In this document: positions 22,141 through 33,267 of the stretch, piece after piece
How the letters are laid out: each line of letters starts with the position of its first letter
Position numbering within the stretch: the first letter of the stretch is position 1
NCBI GenBank assembly: GCA_000708835.1
Contig: DF237679.1
Location: 1 to 39,268 of the forward strand
DNA length: 39,268 nt
From: Klebsormidium nitens
Taxonomy: Eukaryota > Plantae > Klebsormidiophyceae
Direction of reading: 5' to 3'
Notes under the pieces: generated by a model
The model's input: the letters and a program-made list of their open reading frames with translations, nothing else
Told to the model about the DNA's origin: nothing
The model's database searches: none
Program-made: the position numbers and the translations under genes

Positions 22141-25100
22141 CTATGATAAGATGGTCCATGATAGACGGGGTCTGCAGAGGCAAACAACCACACTGTATAT
22201 CTTGAAACCTCCGTACTGCCGAAAGAGTAAGTCACACCTTTCTATTCCAATCTGATACTCCTTTCCCCCGGTTGCAATTCCTGCACCTTCCTTATCCCAA
22301 GTGTTTTTTACGGGGGCTGTTACGCGGCGGCCACTCAACCGGATCTCTCTAAGTTGGCTTAGAGCACCACTTGCACCATACAAGCCTCGGAGCATCTCCG
22401 CAGTAAAGTCCGCGACGCAGATGCCTCGCACCTCGGAGAGTCTTTCGCGAACGCCCGGCGGCGGCTCTGCTGACTGCGTCCACCGATTGTCGCCGTCTTT
22501 CCAGTTTTTTAAACCCGCACCTCCACCTCCACCTCCGGTCTTCCTCGCCGGTGCTGTGGTTGGGGGCGGCGTCGGCGGACGGGTTGTGGGCGGTGGGGTT
22601 GCGAGAGCGGTCTTCCTGAGCATGGCAACCCTGGTGTTTGCGTTTTCGGGTCCCAGGGTGCTCTTCAGGTAGCAGCAGTCGTGGTCGGCGCAGTGCGCGA
22701 TGCCGACGCACGCGGCCTCGTTGTCGCAGCGCGCGATGCACGCGCCGATGCTCTCGACGGTGGCAACGTCCCCGCACAAGGCAGCGTTGGTGGGGGCGCC
22801 CGCCGACGGGAAGATGTCGTTACCCGGATTATCCTGCGGAGAGAGACTCAGTGGCCAAAGACCGGTGGGCCGGCCTGAATTACAGGGACTCCTCAGACAA
22901 CGTCGTAGTTCCAAACCTTACTTCTATATTCTCCGAGCTCAAGAGCTGTTGGAGAGTATTGGATGGGAACGCGCGGTGGGATTTAGACCCTGACATCAAC
23001 GGGCGACGTGACCGGATCCCAAAGAGGAGCCTCGCCAGAGGCTAGATAAGGATCCATCGCCACATCGCGGATTTTTGAAAAGTTGGTAAGAAGGTCAGGA
23101 GTGCCGCCGGAAAGGCTTGTGCGGAGCCTGAGAGTGGGCTCAAAAGCTAGTGCATGCAGTCAAGTAGCTTGCACCCGCTGTCAAACAGAACTTGTGTTGT
23201 CGCCACCTTTGAGTTCTTCGACGCAAGCAGCTGAAACCTGGTCAGAATCTCATCGGTCTTGATTTAAGGTGGGTTCGAGGGCACTTCGAGGTCGTGGTTT
23301 CGAGGGGCACACACTTATCTTGAAACGGACCTACAAGCTGCACAGAGGTGAACTTACCTTCCCGTACGCGACGACGTATCCAGGTAAGCCTGCACGAAAG
23401 AGGATGAGCCGGAGAAGCGTTAATGAGGGACGTACTCTAGGTAGAGTACGTTACACCTTGGCAAGTCCACTATTCGCGTTTGTACCACGTAAAAGCATGC
23501 TGAAAGAGACTCGATCTGCTTTGCGAATGGGCTTCACGGCTTTGCACAGCACTGAGCATCGTTCCACTTCGTGCCACAAGACCGGGCTTCCAGAATCCAA
23601 ACGGGCCAACGACCAAATGACGCACCGCACAGGGACGTCTGGTCCGTATTGTTCACCGCCGCCAGCTAGGAGCTCACCCGTCTTCAGATGAGCGATGGTC
23701 CTTGTGTTGGCAGTCGGACTGTCCATTCTGCCCTTGAGGAAGCAGCAATTGACGTCAGCAACGTGGACGAACCCCGCACACCCGGCCGCAGCGTCGCAGC
23801 GCGTCTCGCAGGCGGGGGCATCCGTGTTGCTGTAAGTCAAATAGCCGCACGTGGGCGCATCCATCGGACCGTCTGAAGGGCGGATGTCGTTTAAGTAATA
23901 GTCCTGCACAGTCAAACAGCGGTTGAGTTCGCTAGTGCATGGTTGTCTTTTCTCGAGTTCCAGCTGACAGGTGGCGTGACCAAACGCAGATGCATTAAGT
24001 CAGTGCCACGGTGCGTGGGGCTGAATCAATCTGTTCTTCATAAAACAGGGCATACTAACCGTCACTCTGCCAAGCTGACTGACAGGACGAGAAGTGGGTG
24101 CCTTTCCAAGGCTGATAGAAACCTAGATACTCACGCGTTCTGTTACGGCCGTCTTAAAAGGGGACAATCTGGAACTCAAGATTGCGAGTTGGACAGACCC
24201 AATCCCTTCTCAGCCCACACCCTCTTACAGACCTGACACAACACCTTGAGAATCTTCGAGCACTCAGTGTGTACGCTGGTCGATCCAACCAAAGAAAGCG
24301 ATTAGCAATCATCACCACGTCAATCTCAAGGCGATGATTGAACCTTTTCCATCTGACAGCAGATCTTATTGACTGGCACAATCCTGTTCAACTAACAGCA
24401 AATACACTTTGCCCTCCGACATGCGATGCCCCTCGATTGACTCACCGCGTTTGGTTGCACAATGTATGTGTATGGTAGAGTGGGGGCGGTGGGTCCCGGA
24501 TAGTCTGCACGAAAAGGGATGATCCGGAAAAGCTTCAGAGAGAGGCGTTTACATCCCAGCTTCTGATCAGCTGAAATGCGAATCTACTGTCGAGCTACAA
24601 AGCTGCCTGGCAAGTTCACCTAGCGCATTTGGCGGCATATAACATTCTCCAGGCCTCTCTCTAGAGCATCCAGCCTTCAGAGCCTCTTTGCACAGCAGCC
24701 TCATCCCACCAGTGACTTGCATACATATTTACCTGTGCATGACTCGGATTCAACTCTCAAACAGGTAGTGAACAAAAGGCATGCGGCGCACAGGCTCACA
24801 GAGATTGTTCATCACTGCTGACGGTTCTTGTGTTAGCACTTGGACTCTCCAATCTGCTTTTCAGGAAGCCGCAATTGACATCAGCGTCGTGCACAAACCC
24901 CCCACATGCGTCGGCGGCGTTGCAACGCGTCTCGCAGTCTGAGGCGCTTGTGGCGCCGTAGGCTACATAGCTTCACCGGACCGTCCGTAGGGAGGATGTC
25001 GTTGCCGGGGAAATCCTGCAGCAAAAAAAGTCAGGTTAGCAGCACTTGAGCCCGCTGGTACAATATGTATCTTTTCTTGAACCCCACCAAACCTCAGGCA

Positions 25101-25481
25101 GGCGCAGCTGTAGCAGTGCCATTGACCATTGGGGTCACTAGTCCTTGAGTTCGAGCCCTTGCTGACCGTCACTATCCACTTATATATGTAGGCCAGGCGG
25201 AGCTGACAATGGTAATCAAGCAGATATCCAACAGATTGATGCAGGTAAAACCCAGGTCAAAGTTGGCTAGCTGCGTGTTCCGCCTCGGTCTCAGCCATGT
25301 TCATGCGCTGCCTCACGCAACGTGACTCACCGTGACCGATTGCACCGTGTCCTGCTGTGCTGCCACGTGGCCCATCATCATTGCAGGAATGAGCAGGAGG
25401 GCAATTAGGACCTTGCCATGAGCAACTAGTGCGGCAGCAGGCTCCCCGCGATGCAATTAAGGAGGGCGCTGTCGGCGCCAT
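22141..25481 (-). pseudogene. Degenerate paralog of the PAN/Apple-repeat secreted protein; exons 25481-25331, 25015-~24800, 24504-24446, 23903-23678, 23389-23358, 22833-22141
   Basis: Exon-for-exon homology to 27060-31641; exon 1 signal peptide is out of frame with its ATG; exon 2 has a net -11 nt deletion and a CC to CG change. Confidence 0.75.
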
Positions 25482-27059
25482 GATGACTTGCTGGTGGAGA
25501 ATTGCTGGCGAGCTGGTTGATTCGGTTGGGGGGCTCAGATCTGGAGGAGTACTAGGGGAGGGGAGGATCAGCAATGAGGGTACAACAAGTAAAAACGACT
25601 CGGAATTTTGCCGGCATGGAGACACGCGACTGTTGAACTTGAGAGCAAAGGTGGAGCTAGCAGCTAGGAAAAGTCCAGATCGGTGTGACTACAGGCAACA
25701 TTTGCAATATCATCTTAACAGCAGCAGCTTCCTGGCAGCTATTCATATCTACTTTGAGAGGGCATCTGCCTCTAAGAGCATGGAATGCAGACCAAGTAGC
25801 CTCAGGTAGGTTACAGGTATGTGGAGGCGTGCGTGAAGCATTCAACCGCAATGGTTGATCGCTCCCGTTTCTTCTACCTATGTAGCTACACGACACCGCA
25901 TGAAATAAAGAAGCCGCCGCTGAGCCGTTATGTCGTGTATAATGCACTACCTTGTTACCATAAGGGCCGCCGCGGCCGGCGTACCGCGGCCGCCGCGTAC
26001 TGGGTGATACGCATCCCTTCTTCCCAGCCTTCAGGCATTTTTCTTGACACTCTTGATTGGTCTTGCCTTCTCTTCAAGGATGGGTTGAGTACTTTAGTGT
26101 CAACGATGTACTGACAGTGAACTTACTAAGGCAGGGGGCGGCACCCGGCGGCCGCCCCACCAAAACGACTCTGAGTCAACTCCGGCTAGTAATCCCATGC
26201 AGGAGCATTTACTTTACTGCATAATGCATTGCAGTCCAGGGTAGCGGCGACTTTCTGAAGCCAAGCGCGGCGCCGGCGGCAGGGGGAGTCCCCAGAGTGA
26301 TCTGGACAGGTTGAATTCAGCTTGCAGCTTGGAGGTTGCACAGGCGGCTTTGCACCCTCTTTGCACTGCATGATGGACTCCATTCTTATAGAGTGAGACT
26401 GCAAGCTGTAACTAGAAAAGGCCGAACCCAAAATGTTCCTGGGGCCTGAGTACGAGGTAGGGCCGCGGTGTAGGTACAGTGAATGGTTAGTCGAGTCTTG
26501 CACTAGCCTAGAATGGGTGCATAATACATGAGCCGCTACAGCGGTCCAGCGGCGTGTTTCTCGCGGGGATCTTCCTCACAAACAGGATCTCTTTGAGCTC
26601 AATAAATGCAGCATGCTCAATAAATGCAGCATGCAGAACTAGGAAACCAGCGCGCTGACAGACTATATATACAGCCAGCCAGCTGCCAAACCATGAGCCT
26701 GTCGCTGACTTCGTAGCTGTAGACTGTATATCTGCCCCACGTCTCACAATGGCGCTGATCAGGCCAGGGAGCAGAATCGGAACCTCCGAGTGCGCCCTAA
26801 GTCGACGACAACCTCCCAAAGTAACTGGCCTTAATATTAATGTGGCACTATTCGACTGGTCACATTGGACAGGACACCAAACCTCAGCTAACCTCGATAT
26901 CGCTCATAGATTTCTCCTGATTAGTCACGAAACAGCGCTGAGGTCTCGTTCCCTCAGGGGTCGTTTACACCTACAGTAGTCGCCTCTCGTTGCTGCATGC
27001 CTCAAGCTGATTGATATCAGCTTCTCGGCATTCACTCTGAGCAGCCGCAAGTCGTCAAC

Positions 27060-30000
27060 ATGGCGCCACGTACAAGTTCTTCCTCCTATTCGCAGCGCGA
27101 TATGGGGCCTGCTGCCACGGCCGCAGTCAGCATCCTCGCCTTCCTGCTCCTTCCCGTGGTGATGCTCGGCCACGTGGCTGCGCAACCGTACACATACACG
27201 GTGCAACCAAACACGGTGAGTCACGCGGCATGAGGCACTCGCATGTGAAGGGCAATGCGGTATCTGTCGTGCAATCAGCTCTGTGCTTGAAGGTTCTCAA
27301 CTTAGCCTATGTTGTATCAGGTGTTAGCGTCTTGGCCCTGTTCTTGCACTGAGAGAGACCTGTCACCTAATTGGGGGCTTGTGTATCAATGATTGAGTTT
27401 TGCACGTTGGCAAGCTGCAGTATAAGTCCTCATCTCCTTAGCTTCCTAGTCTCTTGATACTTCTTAATATAAGTGACTGCCGTAGCGGGGCACTTGAGTA
27501 GATAGTATTGGCCCTCAAAAATAATTTGCGTCCGACTCGTGCCTTCTTGTGGGTTCGAGGCCCAGCAGTTGGGCATACCGCAACAAACAGCAATTCCTTG
27601 TAACCTGATGAAATCTGGCTTCAGCCCAAACAATACATGGCACTGGGCCCGTTTCTGCATCTGCATCTGGTCGCGCAAACCGCAACTTTTGAATTAAAAG
27701 AGAGATACATTATGCACTAGCGAGCTCATCAGCCGCCGGCTAGTGAGCTTTCGATTGATGTGCAGAATTACCCCTTCAATGACATCCGCCCTTCAGACGG
27801 TCCAGTGAATGCTCCTGCGTGCGGCAATTTGGCTTACGGCGACACGAGCCCCACCGCCTGCGAGACGCGCTGCAACGCCGCCGACGCGTGCGTGGGGTTC
27901 GTCCACGTTGCTGACGTCAATTGCTGCTTTTTGAAGAGCAAGCTGGAGGGTCAGAATGCTAACCCGAGTTGCGTCACCCATCTGAAGACAGGTGAGCTCT
28001 CACACTGTAAAATGCTAGCGGAAGTGGGCAGATCGAGCTGTGAGCTTGTGCGGTTAGTCAAACGTTTCTGGTCGCTGATCATTCATGAAATCTTAATAAT
28101 GCACAGGTAGTGGCAGTGACGTGTAGGCAATCTACACAGGGAGAAACGGCTTTTCCCCGGGGTCGGGGAAAGCCCGGGCTGTTCCCGGGGAAGGCCTTTT
28201 CCCGGCAATTTCCCCGGGGATGGTCATGTCCGAGGAATTCGTCAGATCCCCGGGGTCCTCCCCGGTGACCGGGGAAGCAAGTCCGGGGAAACGAACCCCG
28301 GGGAAGGAAGGCAAATCAAAAAAGCTCCCCCACACCAGGATAAGATATTTTCGAGTTGTCCAGCGTGTAGGCAGACCGTATGCTGTCAGTAGGAAGCGTC
28401 TTGAATGAGAGAAAAGCAAAAAAGAGGGAGAAAGGATCTGCTGTCGTTGCTGGGGTTCGAACTCGTGCCCTTGGCCACCGGGTGACGTTACCTGATGTCG
28501 AGCACCTTAAANNNNNNNNNNNNNNNNNNNNTGAAACTAGCGTACCTTGAGTTGATCTGAAAATATCATGTACGGATCAGTTACACCCTTAAGCATACAC
28601 AGCGCAGGTACTGCTTATCCTCGAGCCTGTTCTGCATTCAAACAGTCGTTGCAGATTCGAAAGGTACCGTCACACAAATGCGTGCCTCGCGTGTCGGTCG
28701 CTCAAGGCCTGTCAAAGAACGAACTCGGTCTTTACGCTGCATCCCCGTTTCGAAAGCGCAATGTAATTCGACCCCTTGAGAATTTGAATTTCTTGAAGAA
28801 CAGCCGTTACTAGGTCAACCTCGCCTTGACCCTTGCGTATTAATACTTCTTTACGAACACTTTCACTTATAAGTGTTGTTAGGTATAGAGATGTATTCCT
28901 TGGAATTTGGCTAAGTGTCTGTCTTCCCCGGACATGAAAGGCAATTCCCCGGGGTTCACTTCCTTCCCCGGGTTTTCGATGGCCGGGGAAGACTTGAACG
29001 GTCTTTCCCCGGTCACAACCCCGGGGAGTCTATCCCGGGGAAGCCGGATCACGTCTCCCCGGCTTTTCCCAGGGGTGAGTCCGGGCAATCTCCGGTCTCT
29101 ACCTCCGGGGAAAAGCCAATTCTCCCTGTGCTAGTGGTGAGGCGACGGTGCTGTGCAAAGCGATGAAGGCTGGCTGCACAGGAGAGTGTCCTTGAGCATG
29201 CCTTTTTTTCATGGAACAATGTGCATGGGTGAACTTGCCAGGCAGCTTGGTAGTTTGATAGTGGATTCGCATCTCTGCTGTTTAGAAGCTGTAACGTAAG
29301 GCCTCTTTCTGAAGCCTCATCCAAAAGTGTGCAGGCTCCCCTGGAAACGTCGTGGCCACACTACCGTACACATACACGGTGCAAACAAACACGGTGAGTC
29401 GAGCGATGGGTAGCGCCTTTTGAAGGGCAAGGTAGGTGTTAAACCTGTTGAATTCAGGTCGTCAATAACGGTTGGGCCATCACATCAAGTTTGGTGTGGC
29501 TCTTATCACTTCCTTTGCGGAATTAAGCAGAAGACGTGGGTGCTCAAGAATCAGTTGCTACGATCAACCAGCAGATCATCTCCGTGCTTGAAGGCTAGGT
29601 TCAGAGTAATATGCCAGGTCAGCAAGAGGTCCTTGACTAAGCAGGATCAAAGTCTGTCCCCCTGGGCAGTCTGTGTTCGCTATTCAATCTTGCTTGGAAT
29701 TTTGCAGTAAGTTTCTCGTCAGCCGGGCCCCTTTCTACCGTACAAGCACGCTTGAGCGCCATGGTAATTAATGGCCTAGTTGGAAAGGCACCCAGTATCT
29801 GTTGCTTTGATGTGAGTCGGCTTGGCGTAGTGGCGGTTAGCAGCTCTTGTGTACTCGTAAAGAAATCATGCTTCAGCCCCATCACCATGCATCACGGCTG
29901 CATCTGCGTCTCGTCACGCAAGCTAAGCTGAAAGTTGGAAAGACCACCGCGCTCATGTGCGGTTTGTGCACAGAACTACTGGGCAACGACATACACCCTT

Positions 30001-31641
30001 CGGACGGTCCGATAAATGCGCCCGCGTGCGGCGATTTGGCTTACATTGAGAGCCCCACCGCCTGCGAGGCGCGCTGCAACGCCGCGGCCGGGTGTGCGGG
30101 GTTCGTCCACGTCGCTGACGTCAATTGCTGCTTCCTCAAAGGCAAGCTGGAGGCTCAGAGCGCCAACACGGCTTGCGTCACTCATTTGAAGACGGGTGAG
30201 CTCCTAGCTGGCGGTAGTGGATATGAAGTGTCCGTGTCCGTGTCCCTGACCCTGTCCCTAACCCTGTCCCTGTCCCTGTCCTTGAGCAGCTGCAGAGCTG
30301 CATCTGAACGCTGAACGGTTAGCAGGCTGGCCCACTCGTGCACCGGTAGTGTGCTTGCTATCTGATCGTGGCGTGCCGTTGTTGTGCAAAGGCTTTCAAA
30401 GCAGATTGTCATCGAGCATCTTTACGTGGTCCATCTTCCAATGACAGTGTAGCGCCATGCAGTGTAGAAGCGCAACGGTTGACACGCAGCCCCACGGATA
30501 GAGAGCTGTAAGATAAAGCCCTCTTTCTGAAACTTCTTCTCTTTATCCCGTTTCGTGCAGGCTTACCTGGATACGTCGTCGCCTACGGGAAGGTAAGTTT
30601 CAGCGCCGTGGTGGTCATAGGTCCGTTTCACAATTGCTTGACCTCGAGATCAGGGTTCAAAACGCTTCGAAAACCACCTTCTTCTCCGTCCGGCGACGGC
30701 GAGTAACTACTTCTTGGGTCGAAGTACTTACAGTTAATAAAGAAACACGCTTTTTTGACATTGGGTGCATGCTCGTTTCATGGACTCGCATCCGTCAAGC
30801 ATACTCTCAGGCTTTGCATGTTTTCAGAAGCCTTTTTGAGGAGGCAACTCTGGCCCTATCATGCTATCACCGACCTTTCAACACCTGTAGAACCGCGGCG
30901 ATATGGCCTTATCCACTTTCAGCTAGCGAGGCTTCTCCGTGGTATCCAACCTGTTCACGTCGCCCCTTAATTGCAAAGCCAAACCTCTTTGCCAAATATG
31001 TTCCAGTCCCTGCATCAACACTCCCCAGTACCGCTGATCACCCAAGAACAAATCTCTGAGATACGCTGTCTGATTCGATCGGGCCCTGGCAACCAAGACG
31101 GTCCACCCTGCTCCTCGACTCACCGAACTCTCATCCGCATCTAATGTAGGACAATCCGGGTAACGACATCTTTCCTCCGGCGGGCGCCCCGACCAACGCT
31201 GCCTTGTGCGGCGACGTTGCGACCGTTGAGAGCATCGGCGCGTGCATCGCGCGCTGCGACAACGCGGCCGCGTGCGCAGGCATCGCGCACTGCGCCGATT
31301 ACGACTGCTGCTACCTGAAGAGCACCCTGGGACCCGAGAATGCAAACACCAGGGTTGCCATGCTCAGGAAGACCGCTCTTGCGACCCCAACGCCAACAAC
31401 CCCACCGCCAACAACCCCACCACCGGCAACCCCACCGCCAACAACCTCACCGCCAGAAACGCCACTGCCCACAACCCCACCGCCAGCAACCCCACTGCCC
31501 ACAACCCCAGCGCCAACAACCCCACCGCCGACGCCGTCGACCCCACCGCCCACCAAACCACCGCCGGCGAGCACAGCGCCGCCGACGAACAGCGGAGGTT
31601 CAGGAGGTGGGGGTTCAAGGGGTGGGAAACAACTAGCCTAA
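27060..31641 (+). CDS. Secreted protein: signal peptide + 3 PAN/Apple (PAN_4-like) domains + Thr/Pro-rich tail; exons 27060-27215, 27766-27991, 29335-29393, 29974-30195, 30561-30592, 31150-31641; exon 4 has an apparent 1-nt deletion
   Basis: Hydrophobic AVSILAFLLLPVVMLGHVAAQ; three GNDI/FNDI...C-x3-C-x5-C...CCxLK modules; splice phases 0,1,0,1,0. Confidence 0.78.
28135..29130. mobile_element. Non-autonomous CACTA/EnSpm-like (CMC) DNA transposon with CACAG termini, in intron 2 of the PAN gene
   Basis: 26-bp TIRs (24/26) at 28135-28160 and 29105-29130; 3-bp TSD CTA on both sides; dense subterminal (T)CCCCGGGG(A) motifs; spans an N gap. Confidence 0.82.
28512..28531. other. Assembly gap (20 N)
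   Basis: Run of N. Confidence 1.
30228..30281 (+). repeat. Imperfect hexamer microsatellite (GTGTCC/CTGTCC)x9
   Basis: Read directly; intronic. Confidence 0.9.
31381..31590 (+). repeat. Coding TTPPP/ATPPP repeats (extensin/HRGP-like stalk)
   Basis: 15-nt ACAACCCCACCGCCA-type units translate to TPTPTTPPPTTPPPATPPP... Confidence 0.85.
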
Positions 31642-33267
31642 GAAGACCGGCACTCGGGTGACGCAGTCTGCAAAGCGGCTGCTGAGCGTTTTGCGAAAGA
31701 CTCCTGCGAGGGCGCGAGGTTTCGGAATGAGAAGGTGCAGGGGATTTGCAGCCGGGGAAGGGAGTACCAGTGTGAGAAAAACAGTTGAGCAAATTTCGTA
31801 CTCTTCGGGCGTACGGATGTTCGATGTTAGAGATATATAGTCGTGGGACTCTTCTGTATCTGCAGATTCGTTTCTAGCTGAACCACCTATTCACATAGCT
31901 GCTTACTTTGGTTTTATCCTGCTCAGAGACCGTGCGAAACTGATCGAAGGTGGGCGTTGGTTCGTCTTAAGAAGGGACGGTGGATCGTATGTTACCAACC
32001 CAAGACTCGTCAACCAGATGCTCGTTTGAGGACATGTCGATCCGTGATAGGATGATTAGTTATCACTGAAGAAGTTTGGTTTGGTGTGTTCTACGTTTTC
32101 TAGGCCTGTGATCATTGACACGAAACTATATAGGTAAGAGTTATGCACAGCTATCCCGGTTAGTTGGTGTGGGCGTCTTCCTCTAAAATCTAATTCGAGT
32201 AGGAGACGGTGATCTCATGATGGTCGATAGCGTACGTTTTCGAATTGACGAACAGTGAAAAATGGATATTTGCGTTATGAAGCTTGTTGAGCTTGCACCA
32301 ATAAGCACTAGTAAGATCGGACTGAGATTTTGTCTAACATATATGCGCAGCTTCTCTCAGTGCAGACAGTCATGCGATTAATGTCAGTCAGCGCTGAGCA
32401 GTACGGCTGATCTCAGTTTGGTCCCGCGGTTCGAAAACCTTTGAATCGATTCATGGTACGCGATCTTGCAGTGCGCCATATGTGTTGGAAGAACAAGAAT
32501 ATAGCCCCCAAGTATAAGTTAAGTGTGTCCAAATGATCCGATCGATAAGGCCGGACGTGATATAACTGTAAACTTGCATGACGAGCACTTGCCGAGCACT
32601 GCAGAAGCAATAGCCGCGCGGCCCACCCCATTTGTATACGTTCCATTAAGCTCTGAGCATTAACATGTGACATACCACTTCATGCAGCTAACTATCATTC
32701 CGAAAGACCAACTCAGAAGCCCGTAACCACCGAAGACCAATTTTAGGACACCGTATGTTTGTTTCGTTAATTCCTTGGTATCAAGAATTGGGACTCAGGA
32801 TAACAAGGTTTTGGAATTGTCAGTATGGTGCTCCTTAGCCGGCCATGTATGCAATTGCACGCTGATGTGCACACAAGCCCTGTGTCTGTCCGGCCGTGAA
32901 AGGTAAGCAAGTAAGCTACACAGGGCAATGCATAAGCACTTGACAAAAGCAGCGTCAGTAACGAGTTTGCTGTTAGGACGTTGTGTTCTGATGGGGGTGG
33001 ACGGACTTTTGAGCTGCACCTGATCTAAGCGGGTCCAATGCTTTTGACAGAGCTTGCTGCCGTACTTCACAGATCCCTCTCATCGTAAATGAGTGTCGTC
33101 AAGAAGCTGCGTGAATGCTGTTGCCTGCTTCTTTCAACACCTTAAGCTAGTCAGTCGGCCCATATAGTACAGACTCAGTACGGTCCCCGCATCCATAAGT
33201 CAACCTTCCCCCATGACATCCTATCTTTTCTATCTACACTCGAGACCCCAGACCGGGGCACAGATGA

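Noticed and set aside
25960-26160. GC-rich CCGCGGCC/GGCGGCCGCC clusters that might be TE ends
   Set aside because: No clean TIR pair or TSD could be defined.
26597-26634. 18-bp tandem duplication GCTCAATAAATGCAGCAT x2
   Set aside because: Ordinary local duplication in intergenic DNA; no supportable function.
28132-29166. ORFs inside the CACTA-like element
   Set aside because: Translations of CCCCGGGG repeats; no transposase motifs.
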